This document shows positions 35,906 through 49,368 of a stretch of 64,000 nt of DNA, one piece after another; position 1 is the first letter of the stretch; every line of letters begins with the position of its first letter. The position numbers and the translations under genes are program-made. The stretch lies in assembly GCA_964252035.1 (NCBI GenBank), contig OZ176204.1; one strand, given 5' to 3'. This DNA is from Podarcis erhardii. Lineage: Eukaryota. The notes under the pieces are model-generated. The model saw only the letters and a program-made list of their open reading frames with translations. It searched no databases and was not told the origin of the DNA.

Positions 35906-38900
35906 CGCCCAACTGCTCCATCTCCTTTACTTTTTTGGAATATTGCCTATTAGGCTGGTGTTGCAACTCCTTCTTTCCAGAAGGCTGCCAAGGAAAGTAA
36001 CAAAATATTTTTTAATACCAATGTTTGCAGGGCTTGCCAAGATGAGGGGAGGAAAAAAGTTCATGCTTTATTTATTTATTTTTAAATAGCACACAAACAT
36101 TTAAAAATAAGCCTTGTGCAATTTTTTTTGGAACCCAAATCAAAGGAGCGTGTGAGGAAAACACTGTGGGGGGGGGGGAATGAAAGCCACCCACATGGGC
36201 CTACTCCATGAGGGCAAAGAAGAACCACACTGAAAAGTAGTTACAGAGAAGCCCTCAAGAGTAAAGCAGTACTTTCACCTGTTGCTCAGTGCTGAGTCGC
36301 TTCATTTTCAACCTGAGTTTCTACATATATTAGTAGTTCGAGGTCTGAAATTTCTCTGTCTCAAATCATACCTTCCCCCTTCCTTCCCTTTGCCAAGACT
36401 GAAGTATATATTTTTTAACTCTCTCCCATTACTTTATCTCCATGAAAAGCACACACAGTGGTTACCAGCATTTCCTGTTTGCAGAATGTGCTTTAACTAT
36501 ATCACACCCTACACTGCTGTGATGGAATGCACAGCATATGGTATTGTGAAAGGGTTTACTGTTGAATAATGGCAGAAATGCAGTCCTGCTGGTTTATATC
36601 AAACCCTGTCATTCTCTTCACGGAGGTCTCTCCCTCTCTCTCTCTTAGCAATGAGGTACAACATGCACACAGCAACATTATACAGGCTTTATGGAGGGTG
36701 TTTTCAATGCAGGCATTCAGACTTCCATCGTCTGTAAGCAGCTTTTCACATATTAGATACAATAAAATAGAGGGATACTTTGCACGTTGTGCATTAATTA
36801 ACACACTGCTACTTCCTACACTGTCCCTCCTATTTTTATTTTTATTTTACTGTCCCTCCTATTTAATGCATGCACACACATGCGCACACACCATGTGCTT
36901 GAAACATAAACATCTTAACAGCTATATACCCCACTAATGGCCACAACAAACGGTGCCATAACCAAGCTGGGCCCAGGACTTGGTTCATCCCACACAAGAC
37001 TGTTGTCAGCATTAATATCTAAAACAATAGCTGTGAACTGCTAGTATTTGTGTCTTACAGCTAACCATGCATGCAGTCCTGGACATCTTCTTTTCACATG
37101 TGCAGGGCAGCTTTTCCCAACCTGGTGTATCCCAACTATTTTGGATTACAGCTCTGACCATGCCTAGGCAGAATGGCTGTGCTGGCTGCAGTTTATGGCA
37201 GCTGGGAACTAGGCTGGCAAGTGTCAGTATAGAGCTAGCTGAAAATTTTCAATGGTTAGAGGAAACAAAATGAATATATCCTATAAACATTTCTACTGTA
37301 TTACTGTATCATGCATTTTGGATTTAGGACTAGAGCCTTGTGAATCTTGGCTCAATTGAACCTTGAATGATCATGCCAAGTCCATGACTTGGGTAGTGCA
37401 TCGAGAGATAATAACTTTACAGAAACATGTTACACATCAACCATTTGCCACTTCTGGACATTTTGTCTCATGTTGCGTGAAGTTTGTGATTGTGAAATAT
37501 CGGGAAAGCTTGAAATGCCTACTTGTGCCTAGATTCCCTAAGTATGGGGCAAAAATGTCAACTCAAAATACACCAACCTTTTATTGTAAACCATAACCTT
37601 GCTTAATAGACCTTAATACTGATCAAGTTGGGTTGAAAGTTCAATACCCTTAAAAGCAAAAAAATAAATAAATCAAGATTTCTGAGTTGCTGAAAATATC
37701 CAAGTGCTAATAAGCCATTGCAACCAGGATGCTGCTACAAGTTCTTCCAGGATGGAAGTCTGACAACTTGCTTGTGGGTGGCCCATTTAATAATCCCAAG
37801 TAGTGTGCCATAATTCGCTAAAACTGTGATAGCAAGGTACAACCGTGTAATGTTTGCCTTGTGCAAGTAGCAACATGCAGTAACAGCAGGGCAGTTTGAA
37901 TATGTAAGTACCTAGGAACAGGAATGTGACCTAATAACATAGAAGTGTCTAACAATACTTGTTAGTATTATGACAATAATGAAGGATAAACATATTACTA
38001 CTATTGAGAGAGCTTAATAAGTCAAGAGGCCTCTCACTATTCAAATACCATGGAATATATAACCTCTGTAAACATGCAATATTGAGACCCAATTTACACA
38101 TATTCACCGGTGCTTATAGCCGCTAACTCACTGAAGTATGAAAACTACATTGAATATGCACCAGAAAGTCCTAACTGGCAGTGGTTCTACAGTGCTTGCC
38201 TACTACCTGTATACAAATATGCATTCCATACACTATTGGATATGCACCATTTCTACAGAAAGGCATATGTGGATGGATATTCAAAGGAATTTGCAGTGGG
38301 TTCTTGGGATTCTATCTAGAACTTTTCTTGTCCAGGCTCCAATACTCTGGTGACTGGAGGATTTTTCATCATAGTATTTTCCCAGATCATATGACCATGA
38401 ACCCTGATGTTAGCAAGCCTGAAATACAATCCATTCTGGAGCCACCCTGGAGCGGCTAATCTACTTACTACTGTTATTTGCAACTGAAGACGACCACACA
38501 GTCAAAATGCATTTAAGAACTTTATAATGCTGTTGGTTATGTTCTTCTTGTGTCTTCACATTTTATTTCATTATATGTGATAATATATATGATTTTAAAT
38601 TCTTTATGTAAAATAATATCAAGGGGGGAATTGCCATTTTAATGGTCTTGATACTGTGCTTCAGTGGACAGGAACTATTCTTTCTTTCTTTCTTTTTTAT
38701 TCCTCTAGAATTTTTTTACCTAAAGTCCAGAATTAGAACATTTTTTGACACTTCTGTCAAAATATGGCTTTGAGACAAGAAAAGCCTTTCCTGGACAACC
38801 TTATTATTTCCAATCTAATGGATTAGTGCTCAACAGTCTTTAGACATAGCCCATAAGCAAGTTGTTCACATCTAATTTAAATTTTACACTGAATCTTCTG

Positions 38901-39599
38901 AGCAGTGCTTTTATTCTCTCCTACAAATATGAAGGGACAGTAGAAACGTGAGATAAATACAGAGGGCAAAATGTCTGAAGAGCAACACAAAATGCCCACC
39001 CAAAGCTCCTGAACTGTATTCACCAAAGTAACATTATGAATTTATAGCAGCTTCAGCAAATAGTGATTCTAACTTCCTTGATAATATCAAAGATCTGTTG
39101 TTTTCTTTAGGTTGCACCTGGACAGCTGTGGTAATTCTTTTTTTAAATTCTTTTTAGGAACAGTACCCAAATCTTACTGCATCCTTACTTTACAAAGACA
39201 CTGATTCAGCTTTTCCAGTTTACATTGGGAATCGTATTAAACACCTATTTCTTGAATTGGATTCAGCCAATGGGCAGTCCATGGCTCAAATGTCAAATCT
39301 ATAATTACTTAATTCCAATCTCTTTCACTATGTCAGATTACATTCAGTTTTAGCTTTAATTACAACTTGCCTGAAGTAGTCTTGTATCAGGCAGCCCAGC
39401 CAACTCTCCCACACTGATTAGGCAACACTTGGGATGGAACAGCCTCACACATCAACAACCACAGCACCACAGATCTTCACTATGAGCCAAGCAACAGTCC
39501 TTTACTAATGAGCCTAAATATTGCAGAATATCATTCCCAAGAGCTTCTAATAGTTGAAAATTATTCCCCACATCTTATTATTCCACAGAACCCTCTCCC

Positions 39600-39900
39600 C
39601 CCAAAAAAATCTGTGAATAATTTCTGCTAACCACTTAGCAACCAAGAGAGAATACCACGGTGGGAATTGCAGAGTATTGCACAGTATTATGTCAGTTCCA
39701 TTATCCTCCAAACATTTTGCAAATTCCCTTCCATTTGACAAAAAAAGTGCAATAAACACAGTTTTCAAGGCGAGATTGTTCCACCGGGCAAACAGAAAGG
39801 CTTGCACAGACGGAACTATCTTCATACTACATTGAATTCCACCCTGTATGTTTACATTATACCATTGCTCAAACATCCATTGCTCATAGCTTAATCAAGA
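39600..39900. promoter_or_regulatory. Putative conserved non-coding element
   Basis: TE-free with retained CpGs. RFX half-site CTTAGCAAC and CATTG motifs. Confidence 0.3.
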
Positions 39901-40849
39901 AGTCTTACATTTCACACTGACTGAAACCCAGGAACTAGGACATCAAAACAAACACATTGTTTTAGGAATCACTCCTTTACATATTGCTTGGAATGTACAG
40001 TTGGTTTTAAATGAAGTTTAGCTGAATAAACTCTAACACAGTAGCTAAGTACTCCTGCAACATTTATGTATACACTGATTCATTCAGGCTTTTTCCATCA
40101 GTGACTTTCAATCTTAGGGTATGAATGAAGATTACCAAAATGCCAAGGTTCTGGAATGCCCAAGGCCATGCCTTCTAAGGCAATGCAATTACACTGAACA
40201 ACAGTGTAATCTGATAGAAGACGTGAACTCTTAACAGATGGTAGGAAGCATACATTCAACAGCTGTACTTGGTTTGTCTTTTCAAGACTTTACATGGCAG
40301 TGTCTATTCTTTGCAAAACACTCTGATATCCTAGACTTATCATTCAGCAGAAGATTACAGAGAGATGCAGCGACTTGGTGTTCTTTTCTTCTGCTTCTAC
40401 TTTTTTTTTAAAGAAGGCAGATGCCTTATTATGTGTTAACAATCCATATCCTAAGTGTTTTGGATTTCTGTTTGTCAGCTTAATTCATTGATCCAAGTTC
40501 CATATTATAATATGTGAAATAACACCTGAGCTACATGGAATGAAATCTGCTCCTACCTGTTGCTTCCCAAGGATTCAGCAAGCTAATGAATGCTGTAAAT
40601 AAGAGTGTGAATAAATAGTGAAATATTACCAGTCACATTTAGCCATGTAACGGTTATTCCCAAGTTACTACAAATAATGCCATGTTGGCAGACAATGTAA
40701 GCACTGAAAGAAGAAGAGATTGGTTTCAGTTGCAGTGCACCAGTTATAAGCATGCTAAAGTAACTAGCGATTATGAAAAGTTGTAATTTCAGTTCTCTCT
40801 TAAGATTAACTCTATATGGTGATGTCTGAAGCTCATCGTAAGGAATATT

Positions 40850-41042
40850 AAGGTGGGTTGTGGCCCAGTGTTAGGGTATCTGTTTTGCATGCAGAAGGGG
40901 CCAGGATCAATTCCTGGCATAGCCAGAGAGGGCTGGAAATGCCCCTGTCTGAAACCATGAAAAGCCATTGCCAGTCATAGTGGACAATACCGAGAAGGAT
41001 AAACTAATAGTCAGATTCTATATAATGCTTATGTGTTCCTAT
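40850..41042 (+). mobile_element. Old tRNA-derived squamate SINE (Squam-like)
   Basis: gcccagtgttagggtatctgttttgcatgcagaaggggccaggatcaattcctggcat (degenerate A/B boxes) and a tatgtgttcctatg tail. Confidence 0.65.
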
Positions 41043-44000
41043 GAGGGCAACTGTCATTAGGTTGTAGCCACTGGGGATGAACAGCAGAACAAGAGGGGTA
41101 GACAGTCATATTTTTAAGGCTAGGACAGCCAGAGTGGTGCCCTTCAAACGTTGTTAGACTCCAACTCCCGTCAAGTATGACCAATGTCATGGGTAATGGG
41201 TGTTACAGTCCAACATCTGAAGGGCACTGTGCTGGCTACCTCTGCTCTAGATGAGCCACAGTTTAGCAGCCAGGAATGAGTGTCAATATTGTGTTCTTGC
41301 TCATCACCCTTCCTTCAGTCAGTGCTTGCATCCTTTTAATTCATATTCTTCTTTATTGCACTTTCAATGTCCTAGGCTTTCATTTTGCCTTGCTAGGTAT
41401 CTGGATTTTCATACAAGTATTCCTAATAACCGCTAAATATTTTTTGTGGAAATACTCCAAAGCCTTCCTAGTCAGAGTATGATGAAAACCTGGCTATTCC
41501 AGCATATGTCCAAGGCACACCATCACCACTGATAGTGCAACTTTGTGATGCTTGTGCACCTCCACACTAGCTTGTCTGCACTGCCAGTGGACAAAATGGG
41601 AGGAGTAATTATTATTTATTACAAATTTTATACTCCCTAAGGATCGAGTCCTACCTTCAATTCTAACATAAGACTGCACCGACTTTGACAGTGGTACAAG
41701 TGAAAAATAAAGCAAAACACCAAACCACTCACAGAACTCAAGGGAGACCAAAAAACCTCTGTCCCCTCCTCCTCCCATCACATTCCTCTGATCACAGTGC
41801 AGCGGTAAGCTATAAACATGAAGCAGGGAGACCATAACTTGGATGTTAAGCAATGTCACCTTGAGGCCTCATCTTGTGCATGCTTAGAGCATACAGAGGT
41901 GAACACTGGTGACAGGAACTATGGAGAAGGGTGAATTGAACAAAAACAAAGTACTTGGCATGAATAGGTGCAAAATAAGGATGTAGAATAAATACTTAAA
42001 GACTTACACTTGTCTACCTAAAACCCTGTACTTCAGGATGCCTGACACAAACATCCAGCACCCGCCTGCACTCCACTTGTACAACTAAAGATGCAAGGAC
42101 AGACCCTGTTTCACAGATAAGAAAGGATGCTACAAAGTATTAGTGCTTCAAGGGTTCAACCTAATCACTGAGAATGTTGTTTCCCATCCTGGAGACACAC
42201 AGATGAGTATGTGTTACCATGCAGGTATGCTCTCCGTTGGTGAAAGCAGACTGTTTACCCTAATCATTGCTACTATTGCCCAAACACATTTGAATACTTC
42301 TGGCTTGCTGGATACATGGGAAAGAAGAAACAGTCACTGTGAATGTATGTTGACTATGCCAAAATATTCTGAAGCAGGATGAGGCATTATTTCAACTCAA
42401 TCCTCATATAAACTATCACCTTGAGAATATATCCTTGAGTCACTAGATGGTTCCTTCCACTGCCAAAAAGGTAGCACAATAAGTTGCAGGAATTGCTGCA
42501 AATGCTTATCTCTGAAGATACGCACTTCTGAAATAACTACACAGATAAAATTCAACAATGAAGACCAGTCATGAATGGGATGATGCTTGCCATTTATCTT
42601 GCTTAGAAAACAGACCCTTCACTTTTCAGCAGTTATTTGTTATTTTGGGTACTGATTCTGGAACAAAGTCCAACCTCCCTTACTCCCATCAGCCTAGAAA
42701 CGTTTAACCTTAAAGTGTGTATGTCCGGGCAGAAGCATGGTCCCATTGTGAGACACCCAACACACACAGGGATGTAGTGAAGTACCATATGAAAGCAGTC
42801 ATTTACTCCCCCAAGAATGGTGGCTATGAAGCAAAATGCCAAACAGGCAACATGGGCCTTCCCTTTCTGTTCATGCAGATGCATACTGAAAGATAAGACC
42901 CACATGTACCATTTTCCACATTTACCCTGGCCTTGCTCTCATCTGTGTCCTGATGTCATTTGCATATTCAGGGGGCATAAACATGCATTTCATTAACATC
43001 CACTTAAATAATATCATGTGCAGTTTATAATTCACAAGGGTTAACTTGGGCCAAACGCCTTAGTAGAACAGTTCCATTGTGACTCATGTTGAAGCAATAA
43101 TAGTTATCACATCCAGTATTCATAAAGGGCTACAAAGCTATTCCAAATGTCTATATGCCAAAATCTGCCCTTTTGCAACGCATGCTAATACCCAGCCCTC
43201 CTTGACCTCATATTATGCAGCATTCTTCGTTGTAAGGAATGAAATGAAACATGCACAAACCCTTCCCTTTGTAGTACCACAGGATTCTGGTAGGATTTCA
43301 ACATGCAGCCTGTGTGCAAAGATGGTAGCTTTGAAGACCCTGGGAAGAAGAAAGGACTGAAACAGGTACACATGCTGCATGAAATTCAAGAATAGCTGGG
43401 GGGGTAGTTGGGTGGCATGTCTCTCCATAGTAAACTTTTGAGGACAGGAGCCTGAAAAGGAGGGGGGGAGGCAGAAATATCTATTTTTCTGCTTTACATT
43501 TTACAGAAGCTGACAGTGCTGCAAACCAGTAAACGGATATAAGACCCAAAATAATAGTGTCTGGCTATAAAATGCACAGGGGGGTGGGGATGCAGACGCA
43601 TGTGATGCTACATTTCTTACTTCCTTCAAATCCCTCCTCAAAACTCACATTTCCATGAAGGCTTTGTGCCACCGTACCTTACACCACCATCACCTGCACA
43701 CCTGCTCAGAGTCTTTCTCAGGTAAGTAGATAAAGGACTCCAGCCACAGCATAGAACTAAGCTAAGGCACATGTAATTGAAACAATTGCACACTGATTTT
43801 CTATTTACCACTGCTGCCACTGCTCTCCTTTCCCTCTATTGTTTATTCTATGTTTATATTTAGATTGCAGGGCCCTTAGGGCAGGGAACTGTCCTCTCAT
43901 AAACTGTTAAGTGCCATGCACACTGATGGTGCTGAATAAATGCATAACAAAAGAACGGATATGCACAAATAACTTAGTCAGGCAGCAGGATATCTGCGAT

Positions 44001-44052
44001 GGTCTGTATATCCATATTAGTAGTATAAATTTGGGTACATCTCCTATACTAG

Positions 44053-44432
44053 CCAAAGAATTGATGCTTTTGAATTATGGTGCTGGAGGAGACTCTTGAG
44101 AGTCCCATGGACTGCAAGAAGATCAAATGTATCCATTCTTAAGGAAATCAGCCCTGAGTGCTCACTGGAAGGACAGATTCTGAAGCTGAGACTCCAATGC
44201 TTTGGCCACCTCATGAGAAGAGAAGACTCCCTGGAAAAGACCCTGATGTTGGGAAAGATGGAGGGCACAAGGAGAAGGGGACGACAGAGGATGAGATAGT
44301 TGGACAGTGTTCTCGAAGCTACAAACATGAGTATGACCAAACTGCGGGAGGCAGTGGAAGACAGGAGTGCTTGGCGTGCTCTGGTCCATGGGGTCACAAA
44401 GCGTCGGACACGACTAAACAACTAAACAACAA
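44053..44432 (+). mobile_element. 5'-truncated Bov-B (RTE) LINE 3' end
   Basis: Translates as ...RRLLRVPWTARRSN.SILKEISPECSLEGQILKLRLQ.FGHLMRREDSLEKTLMLGK.EG.RRRGRQRMR.... Ends gtcggacacgact plus a (CAA)-rich tail. TSD CCTATACTAG (44043-44052 / 44433-44442). Confidence 0.95.
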
Positions 44433-45089
44433 CCTATACTAGTCCCAATCAAAAGAAGCAGAAGTGCAGCAGTTAGTTATCTATCTACATTTCTATGGGC
44501 TCTTAAGTCACCCAACACATGATGAGCGCTGTCAGATTTGACAGTGGTGTTAAACTCTTGGGAGGGGTAAGTGACCCCTTGGCCAGGGTAGAAAGTCAGA
44601 GGGAAGTTTTGGGGGGATCCTTTCAGCCCCCACCCCATCCACAAGATAACGGCTGCTGACAAGATCAGCAGCAATGCTGAATCTCTTTTTCTTTTGTAGG
44701 TGCCGTTCTAATTCAGTGTTGGCACACTTTGGCACCAGCAGAAGACACATGGCAATTACGGTTACACATCTAAACCTAGTCCCCACACCTCTCTCCTATG
44801 GCAAAATAACCTGCTAGTAGCACCAACCCCGCTTGGGGTCTATTTCCCCAAAATTCAGCTGCAGTGGAAGTGCTGGATCAGTGTTGGAAAACAGTAATGA
44901 GGCTCTATGTTTATAAGCAAAGATACAGTTGCTCAACTGTTCTTCCAATCCAGAAAATCAGCCTGGTGTGGACAGGATTGTATTGGGTAAGTCTAGGGCT
45001 TTGTACCTGCTGGTGCACCAGCCAAAACCACTCCTACCCCAAGGTAACCTATCCAGTGTTATTCCCCTCAGGGCTGACTAGTTCAGTGC

Positions 45090-45560
45090 TTTGCATGGGA
45101 GCTGCCTTTGAAGACTTATCCAGTTTTTTTTAGCCTGGATGCTACGCCCATCTCTAGAGGCCCTCAACTTTCTGAGGTTAGGCTGGTGACAATTGGACTG
45201 TGGGCTTTTGCAGCTATTGTGCTCCAACATGTGGAACGCTCTCCACAAGGAAGCTCACTTAAACTTGAACCTATCTCCCATTTTGGCTGTGAGTCCTGGA
45301 AGACCTGCTCTCTGCCTCACAGGCCCTTTTCCGTGGGGCACTGACTGACTACAGTTACAAAAGCTGGGGCTGCTGAAAAGGAGGAGGGGGCGGAGGGTGA
45401 AGAAAAATCTGTGAGTGACGTGAAGCCCTTGTCCCATTCTCTGGACCCACTTGGAAGCTCCTTAAATTTGCTGGAGCTGGGTGTGGAGAGTGAAGCTGAA
45501 CAAGACACAGCTATGGGCAGCCTGAGGAAGTACCATCTGCTTCGGCCTGCCCATAAAAAA
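45090..45560 (+). mobile_element. Old L2 3' remnants
   Basis: gggagctgcctttgaagac and gggcttttgcagc...tgtggaacgctctcc (RAF...WNALP-like). Confidence 0.5.
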
Positions 45561-45676
45561 CAAGTCTAGAGTGAGAGACTGGGAACTCTTCTCACTGTGG
45601 AACTTTGCAGGGGGGGCGCGTTGTTTGGACCCTGGGTGAGAGGGAGGGTATTTCAGAAGGAAAATGAATTGAGGTA

Positions 45677-45700
45677 GGGTGGGTGGGTGGGTGGGTGGGT
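45677..45700 (+). repeat. (GGGT)6 tract
   Basis: Directly visible. Confidence 0.95.
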
Positions 45701-47199
45701 GTAACTTTGCATTAATGTAACATTTTTAATGTAACTGTACTTTTGTAATATTTAAAGTTTTCTGTTGTTGCTTCGGTTTTCTATATACCACTAAGAGATA
45801 TTTTTTAATATAGTAAGTGTTGTAGAAATTAAATAATCAATCAATGCTTTTGACAGCTGGCAAATATCCTTTTACTCGCCTATGTCTTCCACCGTACCAT
45901 CTTTTATTTTATTTATTCCTAGTCCTCCAAACAGTTCTTACTGTTCCTTCTGTGTTTTATTTTTATGCAAGTTTCCTACTGTATATTAAATATTGTTTAA
46001 AACTGTTGAGAACCACATAAAGAGTGATGCACAAAAGGTTTTAAAATAAATACGCTGCAAAAATAAATATGCTGTCAAAATGTCGTGTGATTTTTCTCAG
46101 AGTCACCTTTCCCCCAAAGAGCAAAAGTTTATTTAATCCATCCCTTCCATCAAATTTGAGAATGACTCTACACATCTTCATCTTCACTGCTTATATCATT
46201 CAATTTTTAGGACTTGGAAGAGCTGTGCTTCTATAGTCAGGGGAGACGAACTGTCTCAAAATGTGCTATATGTGTACCTTGCTGCATAATCAACATCTTA
46301 CCAGGAGCTGATAAATTGTTGTACTTATAACTAAAAAGGTTTGGCCAATATGGAACACACACAGTTGGTTCATCCAGGAACTGAATGCAAAACCCAAGGG
46401 AAATAAAACATTTCAACGTAGTAACTCCATCCTCTTGCAACTATTGCAGCTGTGGCCAAACTTTCTATCACTATCCTGGTCAAAACAGTGAACATTCAGA
46501 TAAAATTGCCTTGTGGTCCAAATTCAGCTCATGACTTTGAATACTGTGCAAAGATTCCTATGGTGAAAATCGATAGGTTAATATATTGAGAACAGAGAGA
46601 TTTCAGAAACTTTTGTCCTAAGTTATTCCTGCCCTCTTGCATTTTCAAAGCAAGATTTCCCTCTCCTTGAGCAAAAACATACACGTAATTATAGATCTTC
46701 TATAGCACCATAGTACTTTTTTCCCGAGGTTCCAACCTAGTTTATGAATGTGCTCATTACACAATGAAAAGTCAGGACAGTTGCTCACTATAAACTCACC
46801 TCAAGGTAAAATTTACATTGACTTCAAAAGTCTTGCCTCCGGGAGGGAGGGAGGGAATCAGATGAATTTCTGAAGAGTTTCCGTTTTATAAGCTGTGTGT
46901 GTTACCAAAATACCACTATTTTTGGCATGGCATGATTTTTTGCCAGGTACAAAGGAACTTAAATGTAAGTCTTTGTATAGCAAAAATACAGAAGTATGTC
47001 TTGGGAATGGTCTTAGCACTCTAATCCTGTGATCTTGCCCAAGCACTTTGAGCAAGAATATATTCTCATAAGGAAAACTAGAGCACTTTAAAAAGGGAGG
47101 GGGAGAAAAAACACTACAAATGGTCTAATATGCCTCTTGCTCACACAAGAGTAGAATCGAACTAAATTCAGCTGGATATACTGCACAATCCTGCCCATA

Positions 47200-47272
47200 T
47201 CTACTCAGAATTCAGATTTATTGAACTCAATGGGGCTTAGTCTCTGGTGAATAGAATTAGGATTGAAGCCTT
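47200..47272. repeat. Ancient short palindromic reptile repeat (caatccta...tcaatgggactta...taggattg family)
   Basis: Representative copy. Related degenerate copies near 1430-1495, 10995-11075, 11750-11830, 17095-17185 and 63525-63610. Confidence 0.55.
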
Positions 47273-47399
47273 ACTTCCTAAAAAAAAGAGGCTGAGGGTT
47301 GCAGCTTAATCTTACTAGGTTGAATTCAGACTGAGCTGAACTACTGAAACCAATGCGAAAGCCAGCCATGTTCAATGAAGTTCAAAACTTGCTGCTTCT

Positions 47400-48330
47400 G
47401 AACAAACATGACTCGTTACAGAGAATAAAAATTTTAATTTAAGAGGTACGGTATATAAAGTCAGAGTGTTTTGTCCCCCCCCCTTTTTTTTTCATTATTT
47501 CAGCACGGGCAAGCAGTAATTTAAATTTTTCTTAAGCAGTAGATATTTCAGATAATGTTTGCAGTCCCTCGGTTCTCAAACCATCTAGCAGATGTAGCTC
47601 CAGTTCTGATTTAATTGATACAAGTGTGAAGTAAATTGCTACTGTTAGAGGTTCTCCCCCCACCCCACAAAGTCCATTTAACAAATGCGTTTAAGGGAAT
47701 GGCAGAAGAATACCAGCTCACTGAAAGGTTATAGGTATTCTAGAAATGGGGGAGGTTACTTATTTGAATATGCCACATTCAGTGCGCTCAATAGGGAACA
47801 AAAATGGTAATGACATTTTCATTGAACAGAATATAGAGTCTTACAAGGTAAAATAGCAAGTATTCCTGATGCCACCCAATATTATCAATAAGCAACAACT
47901 GCTGGTACCAAAACAAAAAACAAAACCTACACACACTATTATATACCATTATAGATGTTATAATAAATCATAATTTAGCTGTAAGTGTTTAACTCCCATT
48001 TATACCTTACATTTTTATCATGGGAATCATTATAAATATACGAATTGTAATTAAAAAGTGGAAAATTAGCTGTGTGAGGTGAAATTAAGGACTCTGTAAA
48101 CGAACAAGCCGCTTTAAAAGGTTAACAGGTGTCCAATATTATATATATAAATTTATGGTCTACTTTGATTCACCTAAACCTTTGTTTCCTTGAAGCGGGT
48201 TTCTCTTCTATTTTTATTTTATGAATAGTGTGACAATAATGTGGGAGTTATAGTTGCAGTGTGAACAAGAGGTTTCATGAAGCTTTTTGAAGTATTTAAA
48301 GAAACTATTCCCACAAGTAGGCTTCATGTT
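47400..48330. promoter_or_regulatory. Large putative conserved enhancer block just downstream of the exon
   Basis: About 900 bp without recognisable TE. PBX-HOX site ATAAATCA (47963-47970), TTTATGG (48152-48158), CTTTGAT (48163-48169), CAGGTG. Confidence 0.45.
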
Positions 48331-48866
48331 GTAACTTTGGTAGCTATCTTAAGTACACTTTGGTCAAGGAAGAACTTCCCTTAAATACTGCCGCAATAGG
48401 TTTATAAAACTGATCCAGAATTTTTAAAATGTCATTCTGTCACGCACATACATACACACACCTCTGCCTACAAAAATAGAAACCATCCTTAATTATTTTC
48501 AGACTGAAATTAATTTTCCATTCAGATACAGTGTGGCTGCATATCAATTTCTCATGCTAGGAAAAGTGGAGCTCATTAAAAAATAATAATAACATTCTTT
48601 CCAGCCCAAATTCCTTGTGTTCTGAATCTGAATTAATAAAAAAGAAACACACAAATAAGAAGCTTGCTTATGAAATGTCCCTTTTGTTCAGTAAAACTGT
48701 GTTTCAAACAATCATCATAAGCCCAGTTTGAAGATCAACAGTTATGACCAGTGGGTTTTTTTGTGACAGCACTCACCAGTACTGAGTATCATCATCTCTC
48801 TTTTTTGCTGCCCATGGTGGCCATTTTGTGCTGGCACCCATGGCTCTTTGATCAAAAATAAGAGTA

Positions 48867-49094
48867 AAGTGGTACCTTGGTTTGCATACGTATTGGTTTG
48901 CATATGTTTTGGATTACAAACACGTCAAACCCAGAAGTGCATGTCCAAGTTTGCAACCTTTTTTTGGATTGCAACCCTTCCCCCCATTTTTGGGGGATTA
49001 CAAACAAAAAATTTTTGAAAGCCCCATTACAACCTGTTTTGGTTTACAAATGGACCTCTGGAACGGATTATGGTTGTAAACCAAGGTACCACTG
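48867..49094. mobile_element. Tc1/Mariner (Tigger-like) MITE, 275 bp from the exon
   Basis: TA|aagtggtaccttggtt ... aaccaaggtaccactg|TA. Confidence 0.85.
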
Positions 49095-49229
49095 TACTGG
49101 CCCTCTCACTTTATACCAAAAAAAAGCACTCGTTCCTTAATAAGATAACTTAATACACTTTTATAAATGATACAAAGGGGGGAAAATGTATTTAACTTGA
49201 TGGATATTTCAAAGAGCAAGAACTGAGAA

Positions 49230-49235
49230 TTTATT
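49230..49235 (-). terminator. Candidate intronic polyadenylation signal AATAAA
   Basis: Minus strand reads TAG tggg AATAAA ttctcagttcttgctctttgaaatatcCA, followed by U/GU-rich sequence (tttgtatcattt...gtgtattagtt). Confidence 0.5.
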
Positions 49236-49239
49236 CCCA

Positions 49240-49368
49240 CTATTTCATAATGTGTTTAACTGGAGAAGGCAAAAAGTGACAAGCAATACTCATTAAACCC
49301 GTTCCTCTTTCCCTCCACCAAAGAAACAGAGACACAGAAACAAAAGTAGTGCATCTTCGTTTACTTAC
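49240..49368 (-). CDS. TCF7L2: Putative intronic read-through extension of the exon (composite terminal exon): +VSKRRCTTFVSVSLFLWWRERGTGLMSIACHFLPSPVKHIMK*
   Basis: The frame stays open 42 codons past the donor to TAG at 49242-49240 and is followed by AATAAA. Usage is inferred, not shown. Confidence 0.45.
   Translation of the reverse strand, partial: VSKRRCTTFVSVSLFLWWRERGTGLMSIACHFLPSPVKHIMK

Larger units (their letters stand above)
1..49368 (-). other. TCF7L2: Large TCF7L2 intron downstream of the YLQMKW exon (intron 5 in 17-exon numbering); continues beyond the window start
   Basis: Begins at the GTAAGT donor (49368). The next expected exon (SNKVPVVQHP) was not found in the window. The sequence is TE-rich and non-coding. 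Confidence 0.85.

Noticed and set aside
130-41245. Recurrent ~136-bp palindromic repeats resembling a CRISPR or regulatory array
   Set aside because: They are dispersed, irregularly spaced and have 8-bp TSDs, which identifies hAT MITEs in a vertebrate genome.
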